Shown here: piece after piece, positions 36,169-46,548 of the stretch
Layout of the letters: each line of letters starts with the position of its first letter
Numbering within the stretch: position 1 is the stretch's first letter
DNA from: Leidyana gryllorum EB-2025a
Taxonomy: Eukaryota; Protista; Apicomplexa
Reading direction: 5' to 3'
Length of the DNA: 64,000 nt
Assembly (NCBI GenBank): GCA_048772705.1
Contig: JBLWGC010000230.1
Location: forward strand, 744,001 to 808,000
Made by a program: the position numbers and the translations under genes
Notes under the pieces: model-generated
Told to the model about the DNA's origin: nothing
Databases searched by the model: none
The model's input: the letters and a program-made list of their open reading frames with translations, nothing else

Positions 36169-36856
36169 CTATGTGCACGCCGTAATGAATTGGCACATTT
36201 GATCTATCGACTTGGGGCACACACAAATTGTCGTCACAAGGCCGACGACGCTGACTCCTCCGCCGTCTCGGCACTGTAAACCGCACTTGAGCTCGTCGTT
36301 GGGGGTTCCGGTGTACTCGCCGACCAGGCACCATTTAGAGTGGCATAGGCCTTCAACAGCCCGTGTCCCAGTGGACTGGTGGTATCGAGGGCCGCCTCCC
36401 GTCTCGAGATGATTCGCTGGAGACATAACCAGAATCTGCAGTGTGGCCGCTGACTGCTGTCTCACCTCTCGGCACTTATTCCACGCCCGGCTGCACTGTT
36501 CCACTTTGATCTCCAGATCGATACGGATTAGATTGATGGCATCGCACAACTGCTCTCCTCCCGTCTCCCTCACTGTCGCCACCAGTCGCTCCTGGCGAGC
36601 CTTTCCCTCCCCCGAGACGCCAATGGAAGCCGCTCCGATAATTTCTTGCAACTGGGCGTACGCCGCTTCGAAACGCTCACAAAGGTCACTTATCTGCTCA
36701 AAGATCGACATCGCTATCATCAAATCGCGCCTCTTCTTCACTTACCTGAGACGTTAGGCTCACAATATCCCCCAAAGCCTGCCGGACTCCCTCTGAGTGC
36801 TCCCAATTCGCGGCTTCCAACCTTTCCTGCAGCGATTTGATGGCAACCAGTGGCAT
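36169..36856 (-). CDS. Hypothetical helical/coiled-coil protein inside the adhesin cluster
   Basis: MPLVAIKSLQERLE...LTSQ|ISDLCERFEAAY spliced in phase via gtaagt...gagcag. Confidence 0.55.
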
Positions 36857-37023
36857 GCTGTCTCCTCAAATCACCCGTGGGCTTACTGTTACACCGCATG
36901 TAATTTGCGGAATATCAACTTTCTCATACTTATCGGACGTGTTGAGCTTCAAACGCACTAAAGTGCACACCCATGCAAACGTTATCACCAGTTACGTCCC
37001 TCACATCAACAAACCGACTTTCT

Positions 37024-38760
37024 CTAGTAATCCATACCGCCAGCAAAGTGCTCATCGGTCACTGGCTGCTGCTGTTCACGAGCCTCGGTCTCCGGTGGGA
37101 CCTCAACGTCATCCAAGAACTCGGCATCCACCGCCTCGCCACCGCCTCCGTATTGAGAGTACGCAGCCGCTCCAGCTGCTCCCACACCAACAACTCCAGC
37201 TGCTGCAGCTCCGATCACCACCGTCTGGTTCCAACCCTCCTCAGTAGTGGTGGTAGTCGTCGCCTCAGTGGTAGTCGGCTCTGTGATAGGCGGCTTTGTC
37301 ACAGGTGGTTGTGTGGTCGGTGCCACAGTCGGTGCCACAGTCGGTGCTACAGACGGAGCCACAGTCGGTGCAGTAGTAGGAGCCACTGTGGGTACCGGGG
37401 TACCCTCAATTGGAACTGTCACCACGCCTTGTGTGGTAGTTGTGGTGGTGGTCGGAGTTGTTGTGGTCGTCGGAGTTGTTGTGGTGGTCGGAGTTGTGGT
37501 GGTTGTTGGAGTCGTAGTGGTGGTTGGGGTCGTCGTGGTGGTCGGAGTTGTTGTGGTGGTCGGAGTTGTTGTGGTGGTCGGAGTCGTCGTTGTTGTTGGA
37601 GTCGTGGTGGTCGTCGCAGTCGTGGTGGTCGGAGTTGTGGTGGTCGGAGTTGTGGTGGTCGTCGGAGTCGTGGTGGTCGTCGGAGTCGTGGTGGTCGTCG
37701 GAGTTGTTGTGGTGGTCGGAGTCGTCGTTGTTGTTGGAGTCGTGGTGGTCGTCGGAGTCGTGGTGGTCGTCGGAGTTGTTGTGGTTGTTGGAGTCGTAGT
37801 GGTGGTTGGGGTCGTCGTGGTGGTCGGAGTTGTGGTGGTTGTGGTGGTCGTCGTGGTGGTTGTGGTCGTAGTGGTAGTTGTGGTGGTCGTTGTGGTCGTT
37901 GTTGTTGGAGTTGTGGTCGGCTTGACAGTGGTGGTTTCCTCGAATGCGCCCGTATCCGGCTCACACACATCATAGTTGTGAGTACAGTACTTGGGACCGG
38001 CAAGATGAAGATGAGATTCCCAGACACAGGACTTGTCGTGACCCTTGCAGGGACGGCAGTTGTAGTAGCCGGGGGTATTGCAGGTATATGTCATCCCAAT
38101 GTTACACCAGTTGGCATTGATGCTGACACCGGGCATAGTGCTCTGGGCGGCGGCATTGTTGAGATGGTCGCGTGTCTTGAGCGCGCACTCTTTAGTCGCG
38201 ATCTTCCAGAAGAAACCAGCGCACTTATCATTCTTTTGGCACTCAGTCTGGCAGGCTGCCGCGCTGTCGGTGATGACAAACTCATCATCAATGCCAAATC
38301 GTCGATCTTCAACATATCCGTGAATCCATCCACTGAAACATTCACCCTTCCCTTCCTGGACCAAACAATTGGTTTCAAACTCCGCAACCAAATCGCTGGG
38401 GGCGCTTTGACCTTTATCACGCCACTCCTGGCACAACGATTGGCACTCCTTGTTGTCCTTTCCAAGTCCACGTGAGACCACATGTTGACAGCGCGGTGCG
38501 GGACTGCTGCCGTCGTCCGAGTTCTCCATACAGAATCGTCTCTCGGACGTATCCTTAGTACCTGCGAGCCTGTTGCAGCAGGTATCGATCGTTGGTTGGC
38601 AGAGATGTTCGGTCCAACCGATCAAACAAGCACTCGCGTTCCAGCTGGGGTGAGTCGTGCAAACACTGCAGATCCTGTTATCATTTGGGTCAGGAGCCAG
38701 ACATATATCGGTCTGCGCGGCCGAATAGCCCAATATCACTGCGATTGTCGCCAACTTCAT
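37024..38760 (-). CDS. Adhesin 4: 8-Cys module, PAN variant, PTTTTT mucin, TM, tail
   Basis: 578 aa ORF with signal peptide; SAAACQTECQKNDKCAGFFW; tail VDAEF...EHFAGGMDY. Confidence 0.9.
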   Translation of the reverse strand: MKLATIAVILGYSAAQTDICLAPDPNDNRICSVCTTHPSWNASACLIGWTEHLCQPTIDTCCNRLAGTKDTSERRFCMENSDDGSSPAPRCQHVVSRGLGKDNKECQSLCQEWRDKGQSAPSDLVAEFETNCLVQEGKGECFSGWIHGYVEDRRFGIDDEFVITDSAAACQTECQKNDKCAGFFWKIATKECALKTRDHLNNAAAQSTMPGVSINANWCNIGMTYTCNTPGYYNCRPCKGHDKSCVWESHLHLAGPKYCTHNYDVCEPDTGAFEETTTVKPTTTPTTTTTTTTTTTTTTTTTTTTTTTTTTPTTTTTPTTTTTPTTTTTPTTTTTPTTTTTPTTTTTPTTTTTPTTTTTPTTTTTPTTTTTPTTTTPTTTTATTTTTPTTTTTPTTTTTPTTTTTPTTTTTPTTTTTPTTTTTPTTTTTPTTTTTPTTTTTTTQGVVTVPIEGTPVPTVAPTTAPTVAPSVAPTVAPTVAPTTQPPVTKPPITEPTTTEATTTTTTEEGWNQTVVIGAAAAGVVGVGAAGAAAYSQYGGGGEAVDAEFLDDVEVPPETEAREQQQPVTDEHFAGGMDY

Positions 38761-38898
38761 TGATTCGCTCCTGGTTCAAGTGCTCAGAATTGGATGCGTT
38801 CTGGAAAATCCAAGTTGCACATTTCGTGCAGTAGTACGTGCAAGTGTGTCATTAGATTGCTACTCTGCACAGAGTAACCGCATGCCACCTATCGCAAA

Positions 38899-40260
38899 TC
38901 AGTCGTTTGAACTCGATAGGTCTCGACTCCGCGATAATAGCGCTTCTCGGCTGCTGTGTGGCGATAGTGCATGGGGGGCCAGCGATTCAACTGGTCGAGC
39001 GATCGGAATAGCCTGATGAGCCAGCACCTGATGCTCTCCGGTCTCCATATCTGAGAAGCCCGTCTTGAAAAACTCTGCTCTCACGGGTTCCGGTACATCT
39101 TCTTCCTCCTGTAGTTTCTTCAGATAGACCCAAACCAATAGCCCAATAGCCACACACGCCAGTATGGCCAAGGGAACGCCCACAGCCAGACCAATACTGC
39201 TCTTCTTCTCTGTCTCCTCAGTAGTCGTTGACTCGTCCTCGGTACTGTAATAACTCGATGAACTCTCGGTGGCCCCGGTCGAAGGCCAATCGGTCGAAGG
39301 CCAAGTCGTCGGGAGAACTGTTGACGACCAACCCGTCGAAGACGACGACGACGACAAAGCTGTTGAAGACGACGAGGGCAAAGCTGTTGAAGACGACGAC
39401 GACAAAGCTGTTGAAGACGACGACGACAAAGCTGTTGAAGACGACGAGGGCAATCCCGTGCCGGGCTCCGTCGAAGACGAGGGATGGAGGGTCCCAATGT
39501 CTTCGGGCTCGCAGTAGTCGAAAGGTTCGGCACAATTGCGGGGTCCCGTGATGGCGTTAAGAGATTTCCAGATGCATCTCTGCCGACCGTCACAGCTCAT
39601 ACAGGTGGTCGTAGCACAACGTTCACGAATGTCCTCGGGACACCACTCTGTGTCGATCACAGAGTCAGCGAGAACTTCCTGTTCTTTGGCATTCACCAGT
39701 GCCTCCACAGACCGGAGCCAACATTCTCCATTTTCGTATCTGAATCCACCGCAGTCTCCGAACTGACAGTGAGCTTGGCATGCCGCCGCAGATTTGGCCG
39801 GATAAGGGCTTCCGTGATACGAATCGTTTGGAGGTGTGTCTCGTCCGTGAACGAACCGACTGAAACACTCATTGTCCCGGTCGCCGTACTCCCGGCAATT
39901 CGTTTTGTACAGCGCCACCGTCGCGGGATTCGGCTCATAACTGGCCACAAGTTGCTCACACAGCAGCTCGCACTGATAGTTTGTGTAATCGCTCAAGATC
40001 GACACTGCATCCATACAACTGTACAGCGGCTCATAGTCATCATCCCGCGTTCGGAGACAACCTGAATGACCCTCAAACTCTGTCTCGCAACATATTGACG
40101 CTCTCTCATAACAAGTCTTTATGACACCAGCCCCAAGAACGCAGCTATCCAAATGGTGTGCCGACGCAGGACAAGAAATGCAAACTCTCAGATCGTTGTC
40201 GGGGACATAACAGTCACCCAAGACACACGCAATCAGCAAGACTGCCCACCGCAACTCCAT
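38899..40260 (-). CDS. Adhesin 5: PAN variant with Ser-rich stalk
   Basis: 453 aa ORF; SAAACQAHCQFGDC; strong TM; tail RAEFF. Confidence 0.88.
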   Translation of the reverse strand: MELRWAVLLIACVLGDCYVPDNDLRVCISCPASAHHLDSCVLGAGVIKTCYERASICCETEFEGHSGCLRTRDDDYEPLYSCMDAVSILSDYTNYQCELLCEQLVASYEPNPATVALYKTNCREYGDRDNECFSRFVHGRDTPPNDSYHGSPYPAKSAAACQAHCQFGDCGGFRYENGECWLRSVEALVNAKEQEVLADSVIDTEWCPEDIRERCATTTCMSCDGRQRCIWKSLNAITGPRNCAEPFDYCEPEDIGTLHPSSSTEPGTGLPSSSSTALSSSSSTALSSSSSTALPSSSSTALSSSSSSTGWSSTVLPTTWPSTDWPSTGATESSSSYYSTEDESTTTEETEKKSSIGLAVGVPLAILACVAIGLLVWVYLKKLQEEEDVPEPVRAEFFKTGFSDMETGEHQVLAHQAIPIARPVESLAPHALSPHSSREALLSRSRDLSSSND

Positions 40261-40436
40261 TCAACTAATGTGCACATGCAGACGCTTTCAGCTAAGACAC
40301 TGTGTGGTGATGCCGACACTGCCATACGCGGCCACAATCAAACCTGCTGCCACCACAGCAACACCTCAACCTTTCAACGTTCACCATTCCAATCACAATC
40401 ATCACTTCAACTTGTGTAATCTCAGCCTTCACACAA

Positions 40437-42086
40437 TCATCGAACCTCAAAGGTACCATCGGCATTCGGACTCAACGGGGCCGTGTCCTCCAAATCAGTC
40501 AGTTGAGTCCGGAAAAACTCACTCTCCAAACCCGCATCCTCCGCTTGACTCACTCTTCTGTACCCATACACCGCTCCAGCTCCACAAAGCAACGCCCCCA
40601 CCACAATCGCTGCACCCGCTATCGCTCCCAATTCATTCTTCTCCGCCTTGGTGCTCAACGACAGTGTCATATCTGTGGTCGTTCGTGTCTCTGTGCTACT
40701 CGACTCTGAAGTGCTCTCTGTGCTGCTTGCCGTCACAGGCTCAGTCGGTGGCAGAGTCGGGGGGACACCACTGCCCTCAGTCGTCGTCCCATCGGTAGAG
40801 CTGCTGGCAGTCGAAGTCTCTTCGGTAGAACTATCCTCAGACGATGTCTCTTCAGTGGATGTCTCCTCGGTTGAGGTGTCTTCAGTTGAGGTCTCCTCAC
40901 TGGATGTCTCCTCACTGGATGTCTCCTCACTTGAGGTCTCCTCACTCGATGTCTCCTCACTCGATGTCTCCTCACTCGAGGTCTCTTCACTCGAGGTTTC
41001 CTCACTCGACGTCTCCTCACTCGAGGTCTCTTCACTCGAGGTCTCTTCACTCGAGGTTTCCTCACTCGACGTCTCCTCACTCGACGTCTCTTCAGTTGAG
41101 GTCTCCTCACTGGAGGTCTCCTCACTGGAGGTCTCCTCACTGGAGGTCTCCTCACTTGAGGTCTCCTCAGACGATGTCTCTTCAGTTGAGGTCTCCTCAG
41201 ACGATGTCTCTTCAGTCGATGTCTCTTCAGTCGATGTCTCTTCAGTCGATGTCTCTTCAGACGATGTCTCCTCAGTTGAGGTCTCTTCAGTTGATGTCTC
41301 TTCAGTCGAAATCGGCGGTTCGGGTGTTGTGACTGGCTCTATTGGTCGGCAATAATCGAAGGGGTGGGCACAATGTCGGGGTCCCGAGACACTAAGTCCA
41401 GTGCTTGGTCGCCAGATACATCTTTGAGTACCTTCGCAGTGCATACACTCTCCAGTTGCACATACACTTTTGATGTCATCCCGACACCAGTCTTTGTTGA
41501 AAGTGTTGGCGTTGCCGATGATTTGTTCAGCGGCTTCTTGGAGCATTGTGACAGATTTGAGGTAACAGAATCTTTCTTCATAGTAGAAGGCCTCGCAGCC
41601 TGGGTATGATTGGCAATCTGCTTGGCAGGCGACGGGAGAGAGAGAAGCATAGCCAATCTCGGCAACACTGCAGTTTCCGGGTTTATTTCGTCCGTGTGCG
41701 AAGGGACTGAAGCACTCCGTGTCAGTTGCATCCAGCTCCTTGCAGTTATTGAGGTACTCTGCAAATTTGTCGGTGGAGGCTGAGGCCGCGAGCACCAATT
41801 GTGTGCACAACTGTTGACAATCTTTGTTCGTCCATCCATCAGCGACAGCCGCACTTATAGAGCAGTTCATGTCTTCCGGAGTGTACACGAGATCTCCCAA
41901 GGAGGGGGAGTTCCGACAGCTCGTGACGCTTGAGAAACATTGCTGTGTGTCACCCGTCGCCAATTGGCAGCGGCCATCCGGGAGGACATTACCGCAACGG
42001 GTACAGTCACTCCCACTTTTGACATAACAATGTTTCCTGGCGAGACATCCTACAACCCATAACGGTAAGGACCATACGGTTCTCAT
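40437..42086 (-). CDS. Adhesin 6: PAN variant with (SSEET)n stalk
   Basis: 549 aa ORF; SPVACQADCQSYPGC; 15-nt repeat stalk; tail ESEFFRTQLTD. Confidence 0.88.
   Translation of the reverse strand: MRTVWSLPLWVVGCLARKHCYVKSGSDCTRCGNVLPDGRCQLATGDTQQCFSSVTSCRNSPSLGDLVYTPEDMNCSISAAVADGWTNKDCQQLCTQLVLAASASTDKFAEYLNNCKELDATDTECFSPFAHGRNKPGNCSVAEIGYASLSPVACQADCQSYPGCEAFYYEERFCYLKSVTMLQEAAEQIIGNANTFNKDWCRDDIKSVCATGECMHCEGTQRCIWRPSTGLSVSGPRHCAHPFDYCRPIEPVTTPEPPISTEETSTEETSTEETSSEETSTEETSTEETSTEETSSEETSTEETSSEETSSEETSSEETSSEETSSEETSTEETSSEETSSEETSSEETSSEETSSEETSSEETSSEETSSEETSSEETSSEETSSEETSSEETSSEETSTEDTSTEETSTEETSSEDSSTEETSTASSSTDGTTTEGSGVPPTLPPTEPVTASSTESTSESSSTETRTTTDMTLSLSTKAEKNELGAIAGAAIVVGALLCGAGAVYGYRRVSQAEDAGLESEFFRTQLTDLEDTAPLSPNADGTFEVR
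40815..41310 (-). repeat. 15-nt coding repeat (S[ST]EET)n
   Basis: gtctcctcactcgag-type units. Confidence 0.95.
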
Positions 42087-42447
42087 CCAGCAAATGTGTT
42101 AGTACACATGCACACCTCGGAGAGACGTCGAGCGCGCGTTGTGTGACACCCACCAATGACAGTGTTCATCGATTGTGTGGTGACTTGTCGCGGTTCGCGG
42201 TCCGCGGGCGGTCGGATTCCTTCGGGTGAGAGCGTATGATCTTTTTGCATACACCACATGCATTGGGGGAGAAAAAAGTTTACTCTCGCCAGACGATAGT
42301 TCAGCGACCGGGAATGGGATAAATGGTAAGCAAGAAATTGTTGAGGACCGGACGTGGGACAGATAGATCGGCGCTCAGTAGTGTACGTGGCCCTCTCTCC
42401 TCCCGGTCTCAGGAACACACACATTAGATTGATCAATAAAACATATT

Positions 42448-43512
42448 TCACGCACTGTACGTTCCGCGCAATCGACTGGTCATCTCGTCCTCCACATCAG
42501 TGTCATGCGAGCGGATATACTCGTTATCCAAAGATCCGATGCCCGGATCGTTGGCTGCACGTAATCCGAAATATACACTGACCACCAATCCCACTCCCAC
42601 CACCACCACAGCAGCACTGACGAGTGCCATATTATTTTGAATCCTTCGTTTCTTATTCGACTCATTCTTGTCGTCCGTAGCGCCCGTCTCCGAGTCTGTA
42701 GTGGAAGAGGGGTTGGTGGTGTTTGGAACGGTGGTGGTGTCCGCGGAAGTGGTTTCCTTTGTCGTGGTGGTGTCCGTTGTATCCGTGGGTGCCTCCGTGG
42801 TTGACGATGGCTCAGAAAAACAGTATGCCACGGTTCCCTGGGCACAGTGCGAACGGCCTGAGACTCCTGATGGTGGTGCCCACACACAGCGTATTGATCC
42901 TTCACAGTCCAAACATGTGTCGGTCTCGCAAGTTTGGGCCATAGCTGCCATACACCACTCTGGATTGATTGCAATGTCTCCGCCAACTTGCTGATTCAGT
43001 GCTTCTTGGTACATTTGGAAGGTTTTCAGATAGCACACCCCCCCTATCCAGTTCCACACATAGCACCCCGACGTCTCTTGACACGACGTTTGACACGTGG
43101 CTGGGCTTCCTGTCGTATGCGGTATCATGTTGATGCTGGTGTTCGGCGGAGACGTCCGCCCGAATACCCAGGGACTGAAACACGAGCGATCGTCCACACC
43201 CTTTAGTCTACATGTCGCCTCGAAACTCTCATACCTCCCCGGCTCCGACTTGAACATCAGGTCGCACAGCTCAAAACACTCAGCGTTGGTGACATCAGCG
43301 TCGATTGAGACTGCGTCAACGCATTGCAGAGGAGCAGATTGGGTCTCGTTGCAAGTTGGGTCGCAAGGGTACCGAAGACCCTCATGAATGACACACACGT
43401 TCTCTTCCGAATCTACTACTCCGCTCGGGCAATGTATACACCTCGATCCGTCCAGTTTGACACCGCACTCAGCCAGGACACCAATGGGAATAGCCATCAA
43501 CCATAGCTTCAT
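42448..43512 (-). CDS. Adhesin 7: PAN variant with short Thr stalk
   Basis: 354 aa ORF; SPATCQTSCQETSGC; TM; tail DNEY. Confidence 0.88.
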   Translation of the reverse strand: MKLWLMAIPIGVLAECGVKLDGSRCIHCPSGVVDSEENVCVIHEGLRYPCDPTCNETQSAPLQCVDAVSIDADVTNAECFELCDLMFKSEPGRYESFEATCRLKGVDDRSCFSPWVFGRTSPPNTSINMIPHTTGSPATCQTSCQETSGCYVWNWIGGVCYLKTFQMYQEALNQQVGGDIAINPEWCMAAMAQTCETDTCLDCEGSIRCVWAPPSGVSGRSHCAQGTVAYCFSEPSSTTEAPTDTTDTTTTKETTSADTTTVPNTTNPSSTTDSETGATDDKNESNKKRRIQNNMALVSAAVVVVGVGLVVSVYFGLRAANDPGIGSLDNEYIRSHDTDVEDEMTSRLRGTYSA

Positions 43513-43558
43513 TCAAAAATGTGTACATGCATGCTGAATAATAATACACTCTTCCTCA

Positions 43559-44746
43559 TTAGCCCCGAGGGGATACACTTCCTGATCGGTGTCCTCCTAA
43601 TCGTTGTTGTTCCTCAATATCTGTCAGTTGGGTCCGAAAGAATTCAGTGTCAATCTCTCCCGTGCCGCTGTCTCGAGCCCGTCTCAATCCGTAAAAGGCT
43701 CCCCCTCCCACCACAATGGCTCCCACAGCAATCGCGGCACTCGCGACCCCATTCTTCTCTCCGCTCTCCGCTCCAGCAGTAATCGAAGCTGTGAAGGTTG
43801 TTGAGGTTCCGGGCATCAATGAAGTCGAAGACTCTTCAAGAGATCCTGAATCCTCCGTCGACGGCAGAGTTGGGGGGGCCGGCGGTAAAAGCGTGCCACC
43901 GGTACTGCCGTCTCCATCCGAAGGAGGTACTTCACCGTCAGAAGAAGACGATTCATCAGTGACAGCCGGCGGGACTGTGGAGTCATCAGTGACAGACGGC
44001 GGGGCTGTTGGGGGTTCAGGAGAGGGTGAGGTGCCGGAGGCATCAGAAGGACTGTCTGCATAGCAATACCCCATCGGTGCGAAGGCACAGTGTCGGGGCC
44101 CAGAGACAGCCTCGGGGAGTGACCAAATGCATCTTTCAGAGCCATCGCACTCCAAACATCCGTAATCTTCACACAATTGACTGAGATTAGCCTCACACCA
44201 GTTGGTGTCCATCGGCTGCCCTACGATTTGATCCAAAGCTTTGGTGAACATTTCAGAGTCCTTGAGATAGCAGACTTCATCGATCCACATCCACACTGCA
44301 CATTCGGCGTAATTCTGACACGCCGCCTGACATAGAGCCGGAGTCTCTGTCACGTGGGCCACAGCCAGGATACTTGTGTTCGGTACCGAGGTGCGTCCAA
44401 AAACCCAAGGACCAAAACACTCTCGATCAGAGACGTCCATCAACCTGCAGTTCACCTCATATTCACTTTTATACGCTGCGTCTCCGAGGATAAGCTTCTC
44501 GCACAGCTCTCGACAGCGCTGATTGTTTACCGTCGAGACGATGGAAGTGGCATCGCGGCACTGAAGAACTTCGGAACGTCCTCGGGAACAGTTCCGTTCA
44601 CATCGACGCCTCGAACCCCCATCTAAGACACATTCCTCCATTTCATCATCAACTTGGCCAGGGCACTCGATGCATTTGGTCAACTCGTCGCGAATGGGGC
44701 AGTCAGCCAGAATGCCGAGTGGGAGTGTCAGTTGCCATATCTTCAT
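43559..44746 (-). CDS. Adhesin 8: PAN variant with Ser/Pro stalk
   Basis: 395 aa ORF; TPALCQAACQNYAEC; tail DTEFFRTQLTDIEE. Confidence 0.88.
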   Translation of the reverse strand: MKIWQLTLPLGILADCPIRDELTKCIECPGQVDDEMEECVLDGGSRRRCERNCSRGRSEVLQCRDATSIVSTVNNQRCRELCEKLILGDAAYKSEYEVNCRLMDVSDRECFGPWVFGRTSVPNTSILAVAHVTETPALCQAACQNYAECAVWMWIDEVCYLKDSEMFTKALDQIVGQPMDTNWCEANLSQLCEDYGCLECDGSERCIWSLPEAVSGPRHCAFAPMGYCYADSPSDASGTSPSPEPPTAPPSVTDDSTVPPAVTDESSSSDGEVPPSDGDGSTGGTLLPPAPPTLPSTEDSGSLEESSTSLMPGTSTTFTASITAGAESGEKNGVASAAIAVGAIVVGGGAFYGLRRARDSGTGEIDTEFFRTQLTDIEEQQRLGGHRSGSVSPRG

Positions 44747-45081
44747 TCAAATGTGCACGCATGTCACCCTTAGAAGAGGATAGAGAATGGATGTGTAGAA
44801 ACTGCAATGATCGGACATCAGTTATAGTGGATGGATCTGTGCACCATGTGACAAGTAGATCTATTGGTCGATCATCAATATATCGATCGATCGATCGATT
44901 GAAACCTTAAAACACGAAGGACTCTCGGCAACTAAGTTGAGGTCTCAGGCCTGTGTGCTTCCTTTTTCCCCCCAAACGCCTTCCGTCATACAAAGGTGAC
45001 GTGGTTTGCTCAGAAGGCGATGGGCCATTGCCAAAGCTGCACACAAAATAGGTACGAAATGAGGTATCTGTCCCAACTTTA

Positions 45082-46526
45082 TCATCTCGCTCTCGGGGAA
45101 TCGACATCATAGCCGCCTGTCTCCTGCTCCAGACGCGCCTGTTCTTCGATATCGGTCAATTGAGTCCGGAAAAACTCTGTATCCATTTCGCCCGTTCTGC
45201 TGTCATGCGCCTTCTTGGCGCCATACAATGCTCCACCGCCAATCAACACCGCCCCAACTGCTATAGCCGCACTCGATAGCTTACTGTCCTTCTCATCCCG
45301 TTTTGTTGTCAACGACACAGTGAACTCTGTCGTCGTTGTTGTCGTCGAAGACGTCGACGACGAAAAAGTTGACTCGTCCGGCTCGGTGGAAGGCGGCAAC
45401 GGGGGCAACGGCGGACCCACAGTCGACTCTTCCGTCGTGGTTGTGGTCGGAGTCGTCGTTGTTGTTGGGGTCGTGGTGGTGGTCGGAGTCGTCGTTGTTG
45501 TTGGGGTCGTGGTGGTGGTCGGAGTCGTCGTTGTTGTTGGGGTCGTGGTTGTGGTCGGAGTCGTCGTTGTTGTTGGGGTCGTGGTGGTGGTCGGAGTCGT
45601 TGTGGTGGTCGGAGTTGTTGTCGTCGAGGTAGTCGTCGTGGTCGGAGTCGTTGTGGTCGGAGTGGTGGTGGTGGTGCTTGAAGTCAAGTTAGGGACAAAC
45701 TCGTCCGGATTACACCAGTTTGGCCTCCCGCTATCTACGAGGGGTCCTTAAAAGACAGAGTGGAGGGGGAAAGCAGCTTACCGGGACAGTAGCGTGGCCC
45801 GCTTATGGCGGTTGGGCGGGACCAAAAACAGGGGCGATGCCCCGAACAGTTGACAGCGTTTGAAGTTCCCGCTGCGTAGTGCTCGCACCAGTCTTGGTCA
45901 AAGGTGGAGCTGTCAGATAGGTCGATGGACCAGGCTTTCTGGAACATGTCATTAGACTTGAGATAGCAAACTTGATTCTCCCAGGTGAAAGCCACACAGT
46001 CAGCCACCTTCTGGCATTCCAATTGGCAATCAGCAATACTGCTGGTGAAAAAGTACCCATCCATAGAGTGATTTGGCCAACTCCGACGCCCGATTATATA
46101 CTGACCCGACACACAGGGAGATCCCCAAGCGATCTCCATGCAGTTATTTCGGTATGTGGTCTGGTCGGCTGCAGTCTCGGGGGGACATATGTCTCGACAT
46201 TGCTGGTTTGTCAAGCCTTTGTTCCGTGATACCACATCCGAGCAACTCCAGACTATCCGTGTTTCCTGAGTGCGATTGAGGGAGTCTGAGAGCACTCGAG
46301 CGAGACATCGCTTCGGTTTTGAGGTTTTCGCGCAGCACTCCAGATAGCTCGCGTAGCAATCCTCCGGGGTCAAACCCAATTCGTCTTTGGAAGAAATCTT
46401 TGTATCACTCCGTGCGCAACGACTATCTTCATATGATTCGACTACGTAACACGTATCCGATGAACGATCACTGGCACCCTGGGCAATGGCCCAAAATGCC
46501 AAACCAACGGCCCAAAGTCGGCCCAT
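45082..46526 (-). CDS. Adhesin 9: PAN variant with PTTTTT stalk, 2 exons
   Basis: SIADCQLECQKVADC; intron ~45747-45781 joins RYCP|GPLVDSG; tail DTEFFRTQLTDIEE. Confidence 0.85.
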
Positions 46527-46548
46527 GCAAGCATTCACCTTGGCACAT

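Noticed and set aside
44875-44902. (GATC)n palindrome upstream of adhesin 8
   Set aside because: Short simple repeat, not shared with other adhesin promoters
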